DNA of 64,000 bases from Anthoceros angustus (taxonomy: Eukaryota > Plantae > Anthocerotophyta). The first letter of the stretch is position 1. Every line of letters begins with the position of its first letter. Below the pieces are notes generated by a model, which was not told the origin of the DNA, searched no databases, and saw nothing but the letters and a program-made list of their open reading frames with translations. Shown here piece after piece: positions 44,658 to 56,126 of this stretch. The position numbers and the translations under genes were made by a program. The DNA is taken from NCBI GenBank assembly GCA_010909165.1, contig MU008162.1, forward strand, positions 1,984,001 through 2,048,000, read 5' to 3'.

Positions 44658-46421
44658 TCTTCCCCCTTGTCTTGATGACGAGGGGGCGTTTATTTCATGC
44701 TGCCGCCCTCAACGTCCGGATCCGTTCCCGCACGCCTCTCCAATCTGCACAACTCTAACTTATTTTCTCACAGCCTGAGGCAAAGCACCGGTGGATGAAG
44801 CATACGGCCTACCCTGCCCGCTTGCTAGATTTCACGCCCACAGCCTCCCTTGCCGGCTGACAACTGCAAGCGCTAAATAAGGCTGGCGCCTCTCGCTGGG
44901 TGACTTGACAAAGACGGCGCCTTCCTTCCGCTTCCCACATCTCTGCGCGGGCACTTCGACAACAATCCATCGACATTGTTGTCCTCGCCAGGCGATCAGT
45001 ATGCCGATGTTGCTACCAACATGGCGGGGCTGCAAGATCCCGTCTTGGGACTGGCCGATCGCGACTGGTTGCCTATGTTTTGACTTGGCGCGCTCATGGC
45101 CGTTTTCCCAATCTGTACCAATCGCCAACCATTGGCCAGCTTCGCGATACCGTGATCTTACAAGCGTGTGGTCGCAGTGTTATTTTCTGTTTTTTCCTTC
45201 TCTTTATTTAAGTGCGTTAAGTTTACGAGGGGGTGTTAAAATAAGTATAAACATTAACTACCTTATTTAGTCTTTTTGATAAATAGGCATTAGTGAACCG
45301 TCACCGACTTTTGTATTTAAGCAGTCTGTTGTATGGTATTTACTCAATTCATTAATAAAGTTGTTTTGCAACTAGCTTCCGCTCAAGCCAACTCTGTGAC
45401 ATTTACTCCATGAGTCCCATGACAACATGTTCGTTCTCAGTGGAATTTATGAAGTCCACTTTTGGATGAGTCGGACTTAATAAATTTGTTTGTTTGTTTT
45501 ATGCTCCCTCCTTTCATCCTCCTTTCTCCTCTCTCACCTTCTCTCCAACCACCTCATCTAGAAGGATCCACATCTCAAATTGAGATATCTTTGTCTCACT
45601 TGGTCCCCTATTTCATCCATCCCTCCTCTCAAGCCCAGACTTCGTATTTACAACACTTCATGTTAAGCCCAGACTTCGTGACTAAAGCTTGGGAATGATG
45701 ATGAAGCCTTGTTAAAGCCTTGGTTCTAAGGCTTCGTATCCATGTCCATAATATTTGGAGGATGTCTTAAGCTCCATTCCTTTGAGCTTTATTTGCCTAC
45801 TTTCTCTCCATGTCTCCGTCTGTAGTAACGCCTCCTGATCGGATGCCATCCAAATATTTTGTTGCAGACTAAAAGCATGAATTTCCAACACTTGAAACTC
45901 GCCTTCTAATTCAGTGCACTTGACTTTTCTCTCTAAATTCTGCACTGGCTGGAAATCGGCTTTAGCAAAGCAATCTACAAATCACAAACGACCCATTAGT
46001 AGCAAGGCTAAAGCGTCGTCCGATCCGTATGCGACGATGTAGCAGCCCTAATGTCCTTACTGGACTTAAATAAAATTCGTCTTCTTCTTCTTCTTCCCTT
46101 CCAGATCCAAAGTGCACTCACATGCCTTGTCCACATTTGATGTTCTTAGTTTGCGTAGTTTTCAGGCTTGAAAGGACATGTGCCTTTAAGTTTGAGGGAA
46201 GCTGGAACTTTCTTGTAGTTTCAGTATAGCTGACACGTGCAAGTGATTGAGCGCACTCTACCTGATGTACACCTACGTGATTTCCATTTCAGCTTCAACT
46301 GCCAAAACTTGCAAAGCCTTAGCGTGCAACAATTTGGAAAACCCCCAGCCCAACCCTTTGCTGTATTTGAAGGCAGATGTTCAAGAGAGCTCAGAAAACA
46401 TGGGAGACCAAAGTCACTATT

Positions 46422-46612
46422 TGTTAAACCCCGAGGGTTATTAGTAACCACGGCCACTAGTTACCTAGCTACCTAGATTAGGGTTATATATATAATGAAG
46501 GGTTATGTAGTAACCTTTAGGGTTTAGTATATAAGGACACCTCTTTGTAAACTTATTAACATTTTATTGTTATTGTTGTCAAGTTTGCTGTCTCTCTCTA
46601 GCAGTTTTGACA
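46422..46612 (+). mobile_element. 5' LTR (191 bp) of a second LTR element, followed by PBS (tRNA-iMet)
   Basis: TGTTAAACCCC...TTTTGACA then TGGTATCAGAGC (46613-46624); preceded by CTATT. Confidence 0.93.
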
Positions 46613-47703
46613 TGGTATCAGAGCACGTCTGATATTCTATATTTGCATAGATTTTCATGAAAGGTATCACTATTAAGAAGTGCAGGATGCGACAATGTGC
46701 ATAATCTAATATGTCTACCATATTTAGATTTTACGCATTATCGCCCTACACTTCTCAGTAGTTTCTTTCCTTCATCAAAATAGCAAATTACTTTTTAGTG
46801 CCAATTCCACAGATGGGGAATTTCTTAATTTTCCATAGGCACACAAAAACGTTTCCGCTGCACTGCTAAGGGAGATATGCAGAATATATCTCAAGTGCAA
46901 GATGCCTTGCAAAAACCAAAATCAGGAGCCTGGCACACGAAGTCTCTTTAATTTCCTCACTGACAGGTACGTGGGAAAGAGATCGCCAGAGGCGCTCGGC
47001 ACAATTCCCCACAAATTCTCCAATGATTAGGACTTCACGAGCCCAGGCTTCCAGGCGTCACAGGCCTCCGACTCCCAAATTACCCTGACATACAAGCCAG
47101 ATTCAGGGTACCGCAACAGGACAGACAAAATCCACAACACAATAGCGAGCAATTTTCTAGGCACAATCACACGGCGGAAGTTTCTCGATTCCACCTACTC
47201 AGTGAAATTGCCGATGAACCTGTTGCAAACCTAGGAGACCTTCAGGTGATGCTGTCCAGGCACACGACTCGATCACAGGTTCTCACGGGGCAAATTTTCC
47301 TTGAGATCAATGAGATCAAGGAACAATTGAATGCACTGGCTAAGAAATTCAGCAAAGATCTCGACATCAGCGATGGTCCTGTAGTTGACGGCTATCGGCG
47401 CACCATCCTGTGACCGGAGCGGGCATCGCGATCCTTTGCTTTGCAAAATCTGCAACAAAGCAAAGGGAGATCCGAAGCGTCGCGAGTAGGGTTTCTTCCT
47501 ACATCTGCGTAGGGACGGCAACATGAGCATCAGTCAAAAGACGGGGTCTCCAAGCGGCAAGCATTTGCGAAAGGATAGGACTCCAACGGCACCAACCTGC
47601 CGGTTCGTCCTTCAACCGCCAGCCTACTGACATCGACAGAATCCCGTCTCCTGCTAGCAACACACAATCAGGAAGGAACCACCTTTGACTTTGCACCGAA
47701 AAC

Positions 47704-48080
47704 ATGGCTAAAAATTTTGGAGACACGGGCTTCGATGCTGATGATCTTGGGCTCTCTGCTGGAGATCCTGAGTATGCTGCAGGCGCTGCCACGGGTGAAG
47801 GCGCCTCCACCGGCGCAGGCGCATCCACAGCCGCAGGCGCCTTCTATACCCCGAGCTCTCCAACACATGGAGCGTTGGGCACCTTCATGCCTGCAGCAAA
47901 CACGGCAGGAAACTCAGGAACCAACAACCAATTCCGCAGGCACCATAGGTCAGAGCAATCCTGGCATTTACAGCAACTTTGCTACAGCACCGTACTTTAC
48001 GTCGACTGGATCCGGAGCAGCCTTCCCTTCTGTCCAAGCATCTAGTGCCTTTTCCTACCCAAGTTTCTCCATGAGTTCTC
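47704..48080 (+). pseudogene. Possible truncated N-terminus of the first ORF (gag?) of the second LTR element
   Basis: MAKNFGDTGFDADD...AATG... G/A/S/T-rich frame, one frameshift, then abrupt change into ~55-60 bp tandem repeats at 48084-48250. Confidence 0.35.
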
Positions 48081-49448
48081 TGTATCATTTGCAGACAAGA
48101 GTTTGTGAAAAATATGTATCTTTATGTTCTAACTTCGGGTATCATTTGCAGACAGGAGTTTGTGAAAAATATGTTTCTTTATGTTCTGACTCCAGGTGGT
48201 GGGTATCATTTGCAAACAAGAGTTTGTGAAAAATATGTTTCTTTATGTTCAGACTCCGGGTGGTGGGACGTTTGCCCCGATTGCTCCATGACATGAGGCA
48301 TAACTTGCATTGTGTTTGAATCTGCCAAGTTAAGAGCTTGACCTCCTCTATTACCTCCTGCCTTCACATTTTTATACAAACACATAATGCCATAGATGTC
48401 CTGATTGACACGAAGGGCATCAGCCTTCATGAGTGTTTCTCTTGCACTCCACCCTTTCATAATTGCTCATGGCAAAGTAATCCTTCATGGTGCCTGTCTG
48501 AGTTTGATCATCTATAACTGTCTTGACGTCCCTATGAACATTGTTTCATTTTGTCATCAATTGGCTAGAATACTTCCTAGCAAAGCCTTTAGTTGTCCAA
48601 GCATCCAATAGTGTCTTTCACCTATCTGCCTGACTCTTCATCTCATACAACTAGCTAGAGTTCCCGACCTACGCTTTTGCTTCCTCTACCTTGCACTCAC
48701 AAAGAGCAACTAGCTCCTCATGTCTCTAAGCGCAGGCCGATGCCCGAGCGCTCTTTCTCCGGTGTCTTATATCGGTGGCTGTCACGTCACTTACCTTCGA
48801 CGGCGAAGGCATGGCAGCGGTCGACTCGAGAAGTTCGGGGGCACGGACTTTGGTCGACTCAAGAAGTCCGGGGGCTCGGACTTTGGTCAACTCGAGAAGT
48901 CCGAGGGAATAGACTTTTTGAATAAACCTTGGCAGGGATAAAAGAAGATAAAAAATAGTTTTTGACTCAAGTTAATAGTTTTACCTTTACCATACATAAA
49001 TTTTAACTTCAGATCAATTTTCATGCCAAAATCGGTAAAAATGTGAAGTTTTGGTTCGAGCCCGTGGTTGTTGGAATTGTAGTCCATGCATGCCACGTAA
49101 GCAACCATGGTTTGGTACATAAACCTATCTGGGGCAAAAATGGTGTGGTTCAGTTTTGGTTTTGCCCAAAACTTGAGGCGAACCACATCCCAACCATGAG
49201 TCCGTTCAAGTTCTAATAAGTACATCCAAGTAAAGCTGTACACCTGCGATTTTTAGGAAAGGATGTTATCCTGTAGGCTACATGCTAATCTCACCACACT
49301 CTTCTCATCACACTAAGCTTGGGACGTGTTAGAGGGAAGCATACTGCTACAATGCTTAAATACCTATACCTCCTCGGCGCTCGGGACTCCACATTTTGCA
49401 CCTAATTTATTTTCTTAACGAAGCTTTGAATTACGTTGCAGAAAATAG

Positions 49449-49639
49449 TGTCAAAACTGCTAGAGAGAGACAGCAAACTTGACAACAACAATAATAAAAT
49501 GTTAATAAGTTTACAAAGAGTTGTCCTTATATACTAAACCCTAAAGGTTACTACATAACCCTTCATTATATATATAACCCTAATCTAGGTAGCTAGGTAA
49601 CTAGTGGCCGTGGTTACTAATAACCCTCGGGGTTTAACA
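49449..49639 (-). mobile_element. 3' LTR (191 bp) of the same family on the minus strand, preceded by PPT
   Basis: Reverse complement of 46422-46612 with 3 substitutions by my count; on the minus strand it is preceded by TTAAGGGGGTG and followed by CTATT. Confidence 0.93.
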
Positions 49640-49814
49640 CACCCCCTTAACCATGGAACGCTGGTTAGACTATGAACCGAGACTGAGGACTAAGATGGCG
49701 GAATCACTGCTGATGGCGATGAATCATGCACCACAGCGATTACGGCCTTCTTGCGGCCGACCGGAAGGAGGAGTAGGAAAGGCGAGCCAGGCGCAGACGA
49801 AGATCACCAGCAGC

Positions 49815-50413
49815 ACGTGATGAAGAAAGCGGGTTATGCTATGCGACAGAGCAACAAATTGAAGTGGCAGGCTGGGAAGCAAAGCTGTCGGTGGCAGTGG
49901 CAGTGAGACCAGTGAGGAAGCAAGCCTATATCCCGAAAGTCCAGCTGGAAGAGCTGAAGGACCAGCTGGAGAAGGCTGCCAAAGTCCCATTGCCGAAATA
50001 GAGAACAGCTGGGTGCCATACTGTGGAGTGTAACCTTGTGTCTAGGGCCACCGTGAGGTCCACATTCACCCTCAATGTCGTTGTAGGCCTAGGATTCGCT
50101 CCCAAGGGAATGGTTTGTGCCAAGAGACGTGATGAAGAAAGCGGGTTATGCTATCGGAGCAACAAATTGAAGTGGCTGGCGGGAAAGTCAGCGTCGGCGA
50201 TGGCGGTGAGACCGGTGAGGAAGCAAGCCTATATCCGAAAGTCCAGGTGGAAGAGTCAAGGACCAGGAGAAGGCTGCCAAAGTCCCATTGCCGAAATAGA
50301 AAATTGGGTGCCATCTGGAGTGTAACCTTGTGTCTAGGGACACCGTGAGGTCCACATTCACCCTCAATGTCGTTGTAGGCCTAGGATTCGCTCCCAAGGG
50401 AATGGTTTGTGCC
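49815..50413. repeat. Tandem duplication (~308 bp and ~287 bp)
   Basis: ACGTGATGAAGAAAGCGGG...GGTTTGTGCCA at 49815-50122 and 50127-50413; the second copy is shortened by small deletions. Confidence 0.9.
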
Positions 50414-51615
50414 AGAGGCGCTAACTTCTATCACTCGACCTTTGCCTAAGTCGGGCTTACCTATCCTCCTCTTACCTATCTACTCAACTACTACTACCTT
50501 CCGACTTGTCCAACGGAAATCTCATTTCACGACCGCAAATCTCATTCCACATTGCTACGGGTAGTTGCTACGACTACCGAGGTGGGTCCCACACCAAACC
50601 CTAGCAACTCATCTGGCCGGTAGCCGGATCTAACACGGGCAGCTACGTGCTCAGATCGGACTTTATTTGGCACTCCACACTTCATGCACCCACAATTCCT
50701 AGAGACCAAAGTTCCTAGGATACCTCGCGCTGCTCCTCACACACACACACACACACACAGGCGCCACCCCACGGTTTCTACTAGAGACTTTGTTTTCCTT
50801 GTGCACTTTCACTTTGCCACCGGTTTGAGTTCTCAATTCACACAATTCTCCCCTAACGCTCCAATTCGCTCACTTACTCTTCCACTTACGATCTCACACC
50901 TCGCCAGCGTCTGATTTGATCTCTCCTTCACCCGATCTCTTCTCTCTCTCTCCCCCTCCCTCAATTCGCCCACAGGCTACCAACCATGCACTCACACAAT
51001 TCCTGATTTCGGAACACAACTTTCAGGTTTAAAGGTGAAGGAGGGAAGGAACCGCGGGCGTCGCAGCAGGCGTTACGAGCAAGCTCCAGACTCGCCCCGC
51101 GCCGATCCCTTGGCTTCCTCCTCCGTTGTCAGCAAATTGCTCCATCACCTCCTTCCCTCCCGTTGCGGAGCAAGCTCTCGACCACTCCCAGGAGCGTCTC
51201 GCGCACACCACCTCTGTCAATCGGACGTCTCCAACCATCCACAGGCGTGGGGATCTCAACCGGAGTTATCTGTTGTGGAGGGCAAAAGTTGCCCCTCTTA
51301 TACATCGGCCGGGCCTGTTTCCCCAGTTTCTAGATCCTAAAAAGCTAAGGGGCACCCACAATTCTAAGCGATCTTAGGTCCGGGCATCCTACCAAATTTC
51401 ATTCCTAGGATGCTACCACCTATTGCCTCGCTATCCGCGCCCTCCCACTTCGTCCGCCTGCCCGCCTCCTCCGCCGCCGCCACGAGCCCTCACCTTGCGG
51501 TCGGCGGGTTTCCCAGGACTTCCACCTCACTTCGCTGGTCCTAATTGAGGGCATACCACCGGAACTTCCGCCTCTTCCGCTGGCCGCCTATTGCCGAGGA
51601 TTACCACGGTTCCTC

Positions 51616-54600
51616 ATCCACCCAAGCTGGACCTCCTCTTCCTCAACTCCTCCAAAGTCGCCTCCATAATAGGGGCCAATCCCCACACTCTGGCGCAATG
51701 GTAGAAGTATGCACTTGGTCCTCCTCACTTGCGATGGGTAGGACTGATCCCTCCTATTTCCACGCACATGGGCGGTGAAGTTAAGCGTTCTTCACATATA
51801 GACCGGGCACGTAAGTTTCCTCATCCATGTGCCGCAACATAATAGGACCTCTGCTGGTGAGGTGCTTACCTCCTCCCGTAGACTACACAGTTGCTGGTCC
51901 ATGTCCTCGCGTCGCGTCTGTCGCCCGTCCATTGCTTCCGCTACCGCGGTAGTGGTCTCCACGACCGTCGTTGGTCCGGCCGTGGTAGGTGTTTGACTAC
52001 CTTGGGCTGCTTCCTTCCTCGGTAGTGCCTTCCACTACCCGGTCGTAATCTGCCTCGCTTCCCTTCTCTCTTTTACGGTTCGGCCACGTGCCTCATCCGT
52101 TCCGTTTATACGTTCGCTTATGGACCTTCTCCACGAGGCCGCCTCGCCTCCGGGCTCGCAACAACTCTCCACTGCATCTCTGGTTTGACTCGTGGGCATC
52201 CTTGATTTGAGCCATGGCGCTTCCTGTGACTCGTCATGGCTGCGGCTTCTCGGCCTGCACAAATCCTCTGAAGCTTGATTATCTCCTCTAAGGCCGCTTG
52301 TCTTCCTCCGGTTGCTTGCTTGGGCTTCTCCTTCAAACACGGCCTTCACCACTTCCTCCCTTTGCACCTTGAGCCATGTGAGCCAAGGCCGCTTGGTCCA
52401 ACAAATCGCTTGGGCCCGGATCATCGATGTCGTCGGCTCTGTAATTCCACTGTTGCGGCCCGTGCAGGGGCCATCCCTCTGTCGAGCACCTTCCTTCCCA
52501 ACAAAGTGCGCACCCTCACCAATTGCGTCCACCTCTGTTGCCGGTGGAGTCCCCTTGAAAATCTCTTCCCATCTTTGAGGAGGGTCCGCTCGAGTCGACC
52601 TAATTCCTCACAGGTGGCTCATCATCCACCCAAGCTGGACCTCCTCTTCACTCAACTCCTCCAAGGTCGCCTCCATAATAGGGGCCAATCCCCACACTCT
52701 GGCGCAATGGTAGAAGTATGCACTTGGTCCTCACTTGCGATGGGTAGGACTGATCCCTCCTATTTCCACACGCACATGGGCGGTGAAGTTAAGCCGCGTT
52801 CCATTCACATATAGACCGAGCACGTAAGTTTCCTCATCCATGTGCCGCAACATAATAGGACCTCCTGCTGGTGCTTACCCCTCCTCCGTAGACACAGTTG
52901 CTGGTCCATGTCCTCGAGGCGCGTCGCGTCTGTCGCCCGTCCATTGCTTCCGCTACCAGTGGTCTCCACGACCGTCGTTGGTCCAGCAGCGTGGTAGGTG
53001 TTTGACTACCTTGGGCTGCTGTGTCCTTCCCTCGGTAGTGCCTTCCACTACCCGGTCGTGTCACCACCTCGCTTCCCTTCTCTTTTACGGTTCGGCCACG
53101 TGCCTCATCCGTTCCGTTTATACCGTTCCGCCACTTATGGACCTTCTCCACGAGGCCGCCTCAGCTCTGGGCTGCAACTCTCCCACCATCTCTGGTTTGA
53201 CTCGTGGGCATCCTTGATTTGAGCCATGGCGCTTCCTGTGACTCGTCATGGCTGCTTCTCACAGGCCTGCACAAATCCTCCGAAGCTTGATTCTTATCTC
53301 CTCTAAGGCCGCTTGTCTTCCTCCGGTTGCTTGCGGCTTCTCCTTCAAACTGGCCTTCACCACTTCCTCCGCCGCCCTTGCTGAGCCATGTGAGCCAAGG
53401 CCGCTTGGTCCAACAAATCCGCTTGGGCCCGGATCATCGATGTCGTCAGCTCCTGTAATTCCACCTGTTGCGGCGGCCCCGTACCAGACGCCATCCCTCT
53501 GTCGAGCACCTTCCTTCCCAACAAAGTGCGCACCCTCACCAATTCGGCTGCGTCCACCTCTGTTGCCAGTGGAGTCCCCTTGAAAATCTCTTCCCATGCT
53601 GAGGAGGGTCCGCCTCCGAGGTCGCCTCCTCCGGGCTCATCATCCACCCAAGCTGGACCTCCTCTTCACTCAACTCCTCCAAGGTCGCCTCCATAATAGG
53701 GGCCAATCCCCACACTCTGGCGCAATGGTAGAAGTATGCACTTGGTCCTCACTTGCGATGGGTAGGACTGATCCCTCCTATTTCCACACGCACATGGGCG
53801 GTGAAGTTAAGCCGCGTTCCATTCACATATAGACCGAGCACGTAAGTTTCCTCATCCATGTGCCGCAACATAATAGGACCTCCTGCTGGTGCTTACCCCT
53901 CCTCCGTAGACACAGTTGCTGGTCCATGTCCTCGAGGCGCGTCGCGTCTGTCGCCCGTCCATTGCTTCCGCTACCAGTGGTCTCCACGACCGTCGTTGGT
54001 CCAGCAGCGTGGTAGGTGTTTGACTACCTTGGGCTGCTGTGTCCTTCCCTCGGTAGTGCCTTCCACTACCCGGTCGTGGTCACCCCTCGCTTCCCTTCTC
54101 TTTTACGGTTCGGCCACGTGCCTCATCCGTTCCGTTTATACCGTTCCGCCACTTATGGACCTTCTCCACGAGGCCGCCTCAGCTCTGGGCTGCAACTCTC
54201 CCACCATCTCTGGTTTGACTCGTGGGCATCCTTGATTTGAGCCATGGCGCTTCCTGTGACTCGTCATGGCTGCTTCTCACAGGCCTGCACAAATCCTCCG
54301 AAGCTTGATTCTTATCTCCTCTAAGGCCGCTTGTCTTCCTCCGGTTGCTTGCGGCTTCTCCTTCAAACTGGCCTTCACCACTTCCTCCGCCGCCCCTTGC
54401 TGAGCCATGTGAGCCAAGGCCGCTTGGTCCAACAAATCCGCTTGGGCCCGGATCGCCGATGTCGTCGGCTCACGTAATTCCACTGTTGCGGCCCGTGCGA
54501 CGCCATCCCTGTCGAGCACCTTCCTTCCCAACAAAGTGCGCACCCTCACCAATTGGTTGCGTCCACCTCTGTTGCCGGTGGAGTCCCCTTGAAAATCTCT

Positions 54601-54660
54601 TCCCATCTTTGAGGAGGGTCCGCTCACGAGTCGCCTAATTCCTCCGGGCGGCTCATCATC
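51616..54660. repeat. Tandem array of a ~1.01-1.02 kb unit, 3 copies, in the 3' region of a Gypsy element
   Basis: CATCCACCCAAGCTGGACCTCCTCTT at 51616, 52623, 53641; copies 2 and 3 nearly identical. Confidence 0.93.
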
Positions 54661-54669
54661 GCATCCAGT

Positions 54670-55860
54670 CGGCAAAATTTTCTTCCTCGGACCGCCTCTT
54701 CCTCCACCTCGATCTGCGTTTGGCTTTCATTTTCTTTGCTTTTTCACATGGCCGGCACCGCTCGACTGGGTGCGTCCACCTTCACTTTTTGGGACCCCCC
54801 GGTCTTCCTCTTCTTCTTTGGTAGAATTTCCTTCTCTTCCTCAGGCGCACGCCATGGACTCCCGGTGTCCGATTCCTCCTCAATTTCCTCCTTAGGCTCC
54901 TCCGCTTTCCACTTCACCTCCACGGCTTCCACATATGAAGGAGGCCACAATTTCTACCTGGCGGGCAATTAGCATGCGCATAAAGATGAACTAGGAATGG
55001 TGAAATTAGAGGCCGGGGTAGGAGAAATCGATTCAACCTTTCTTCACTCAACTTCTCAAAGAGGATTCGTCCCATCGATTTTCGCCCCTTGACAACTTCA
55101 TGGAGGAACAACGCAAGTGGTCGGACAAATAATCCACTTCTTGTCTTTGTAGGCGGAAGCCATCTGGCGGACCCATTGCATCTTGTTGCCAATTCTCGTC
55201 GACAACCATTGGGTTCGGATTCGCCCGCCTTCACGGGCGGGCTTCTTCTTCTTGTGCTCCTTTTAGAAGGTTCCATCACCAAACCCCTCCTCCTTGCGCC
55301 CATACACTTCCCTAACCAATGCAGTCCCAATCACGAGGTTTTGCTCTAATTCCCTCGCCGGTTGCTTGTCTTTTAGGTGGCGGCGCACTCCTGCATCCGT
55401 TCATGTAATTCCACCGCTTCTCCATGAAACCCGAGCTCCTTCACGGGCCCCAGCTCGGACTTTCCAATGGTCCATGTTTGGCCATTGGGCAAGCAATCAT
55501 GTGGCTTTGGGCGCCATCCTTCCGATAGTCCCCCGGTCTCGCGCCTCAACGGTGCCACCTCGCGAATTTCTGGCAAGGTCGCCTGTGGTTCCTACCTCCT
55601 CCATGGCGCCCGCCTTCCTTCCAGTGGGTTGCGACTTCACCGGTGAGGGTTCGGCCCCTCCCGCGATCGCGCCTCGCTCTCCCGATCACGGTCCGCCTCT
55701 CGGCGGCTCCTCGGCGACCTCACGCTCCGGCCGCGTTGCGCTCCACTCCTCACTGTCGCTCCGGCCCGTTGCGCTCCGTTGCAGCTCTGGTCACCCTACG
55801 GTTTCCTTAGGGTTAAGTTTGGCTCCCTACCTGTTGTCTTCTGACCTTTCGCCCATGATC
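54670..55860 (-). pseudogene. Additional sense ORF downstream of Gypsy pol (Athila-like 3' ORF position), frameshifted
   Basis: Fragments MGERSEDN..., LALFLHEVVKGRK...ILFEKLSEE...LISPFLVHLYAHAN, EEPKEEIEEESD...PKKKRK; TATA-like CTATATAT on the minus strand at 55936-55943. Confidence 0.55.
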
Positions 55861-56126
55861 CACAACCCCATACTCATTCGACTCTGCGGTGTCGACCCCT
55901 AACTCTGACAAACCCCAAATAACCACCCCTACCCCATATATAGACCTTGTAGTGGATATCGAGGTCCATGGGCCAAGGAACAAGTTTCCATTTATTATCT
56001 AACCTAGGCAATAAAACAAAAAGAACTCCATAGGCCAAGGACATTTTACTATGAATATCCCCAACTCGTCAATCGACTTATTTTCACACCACTCTAAAAA
56101 AAAAAAAAATTCACTTGTGGCACATT

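Larger units (their letters stand above)
39043..45401 (+). mobile_element. Full-length Ty1/Copia LTR retrotransposon, TSD TTTAC
   Basis: 5' LTR 39043-39203 and 3' LTR 45234-45401 (TG...CA); PBS TGGCATCGAGCC at 39204; PPT ACGAGGGGG before the 3' LTR; TTTAC at 39038-39042 and 45402-45406; PR-IN-RT-RH order. Confidence 0.98.

Noticed and set aside
50415-51030. LTR of the Gypsy element
   Set aside because: Contains (CA)n, (CT)n and promoter-like sequence, but no defined termini, PPT or second copy in the window
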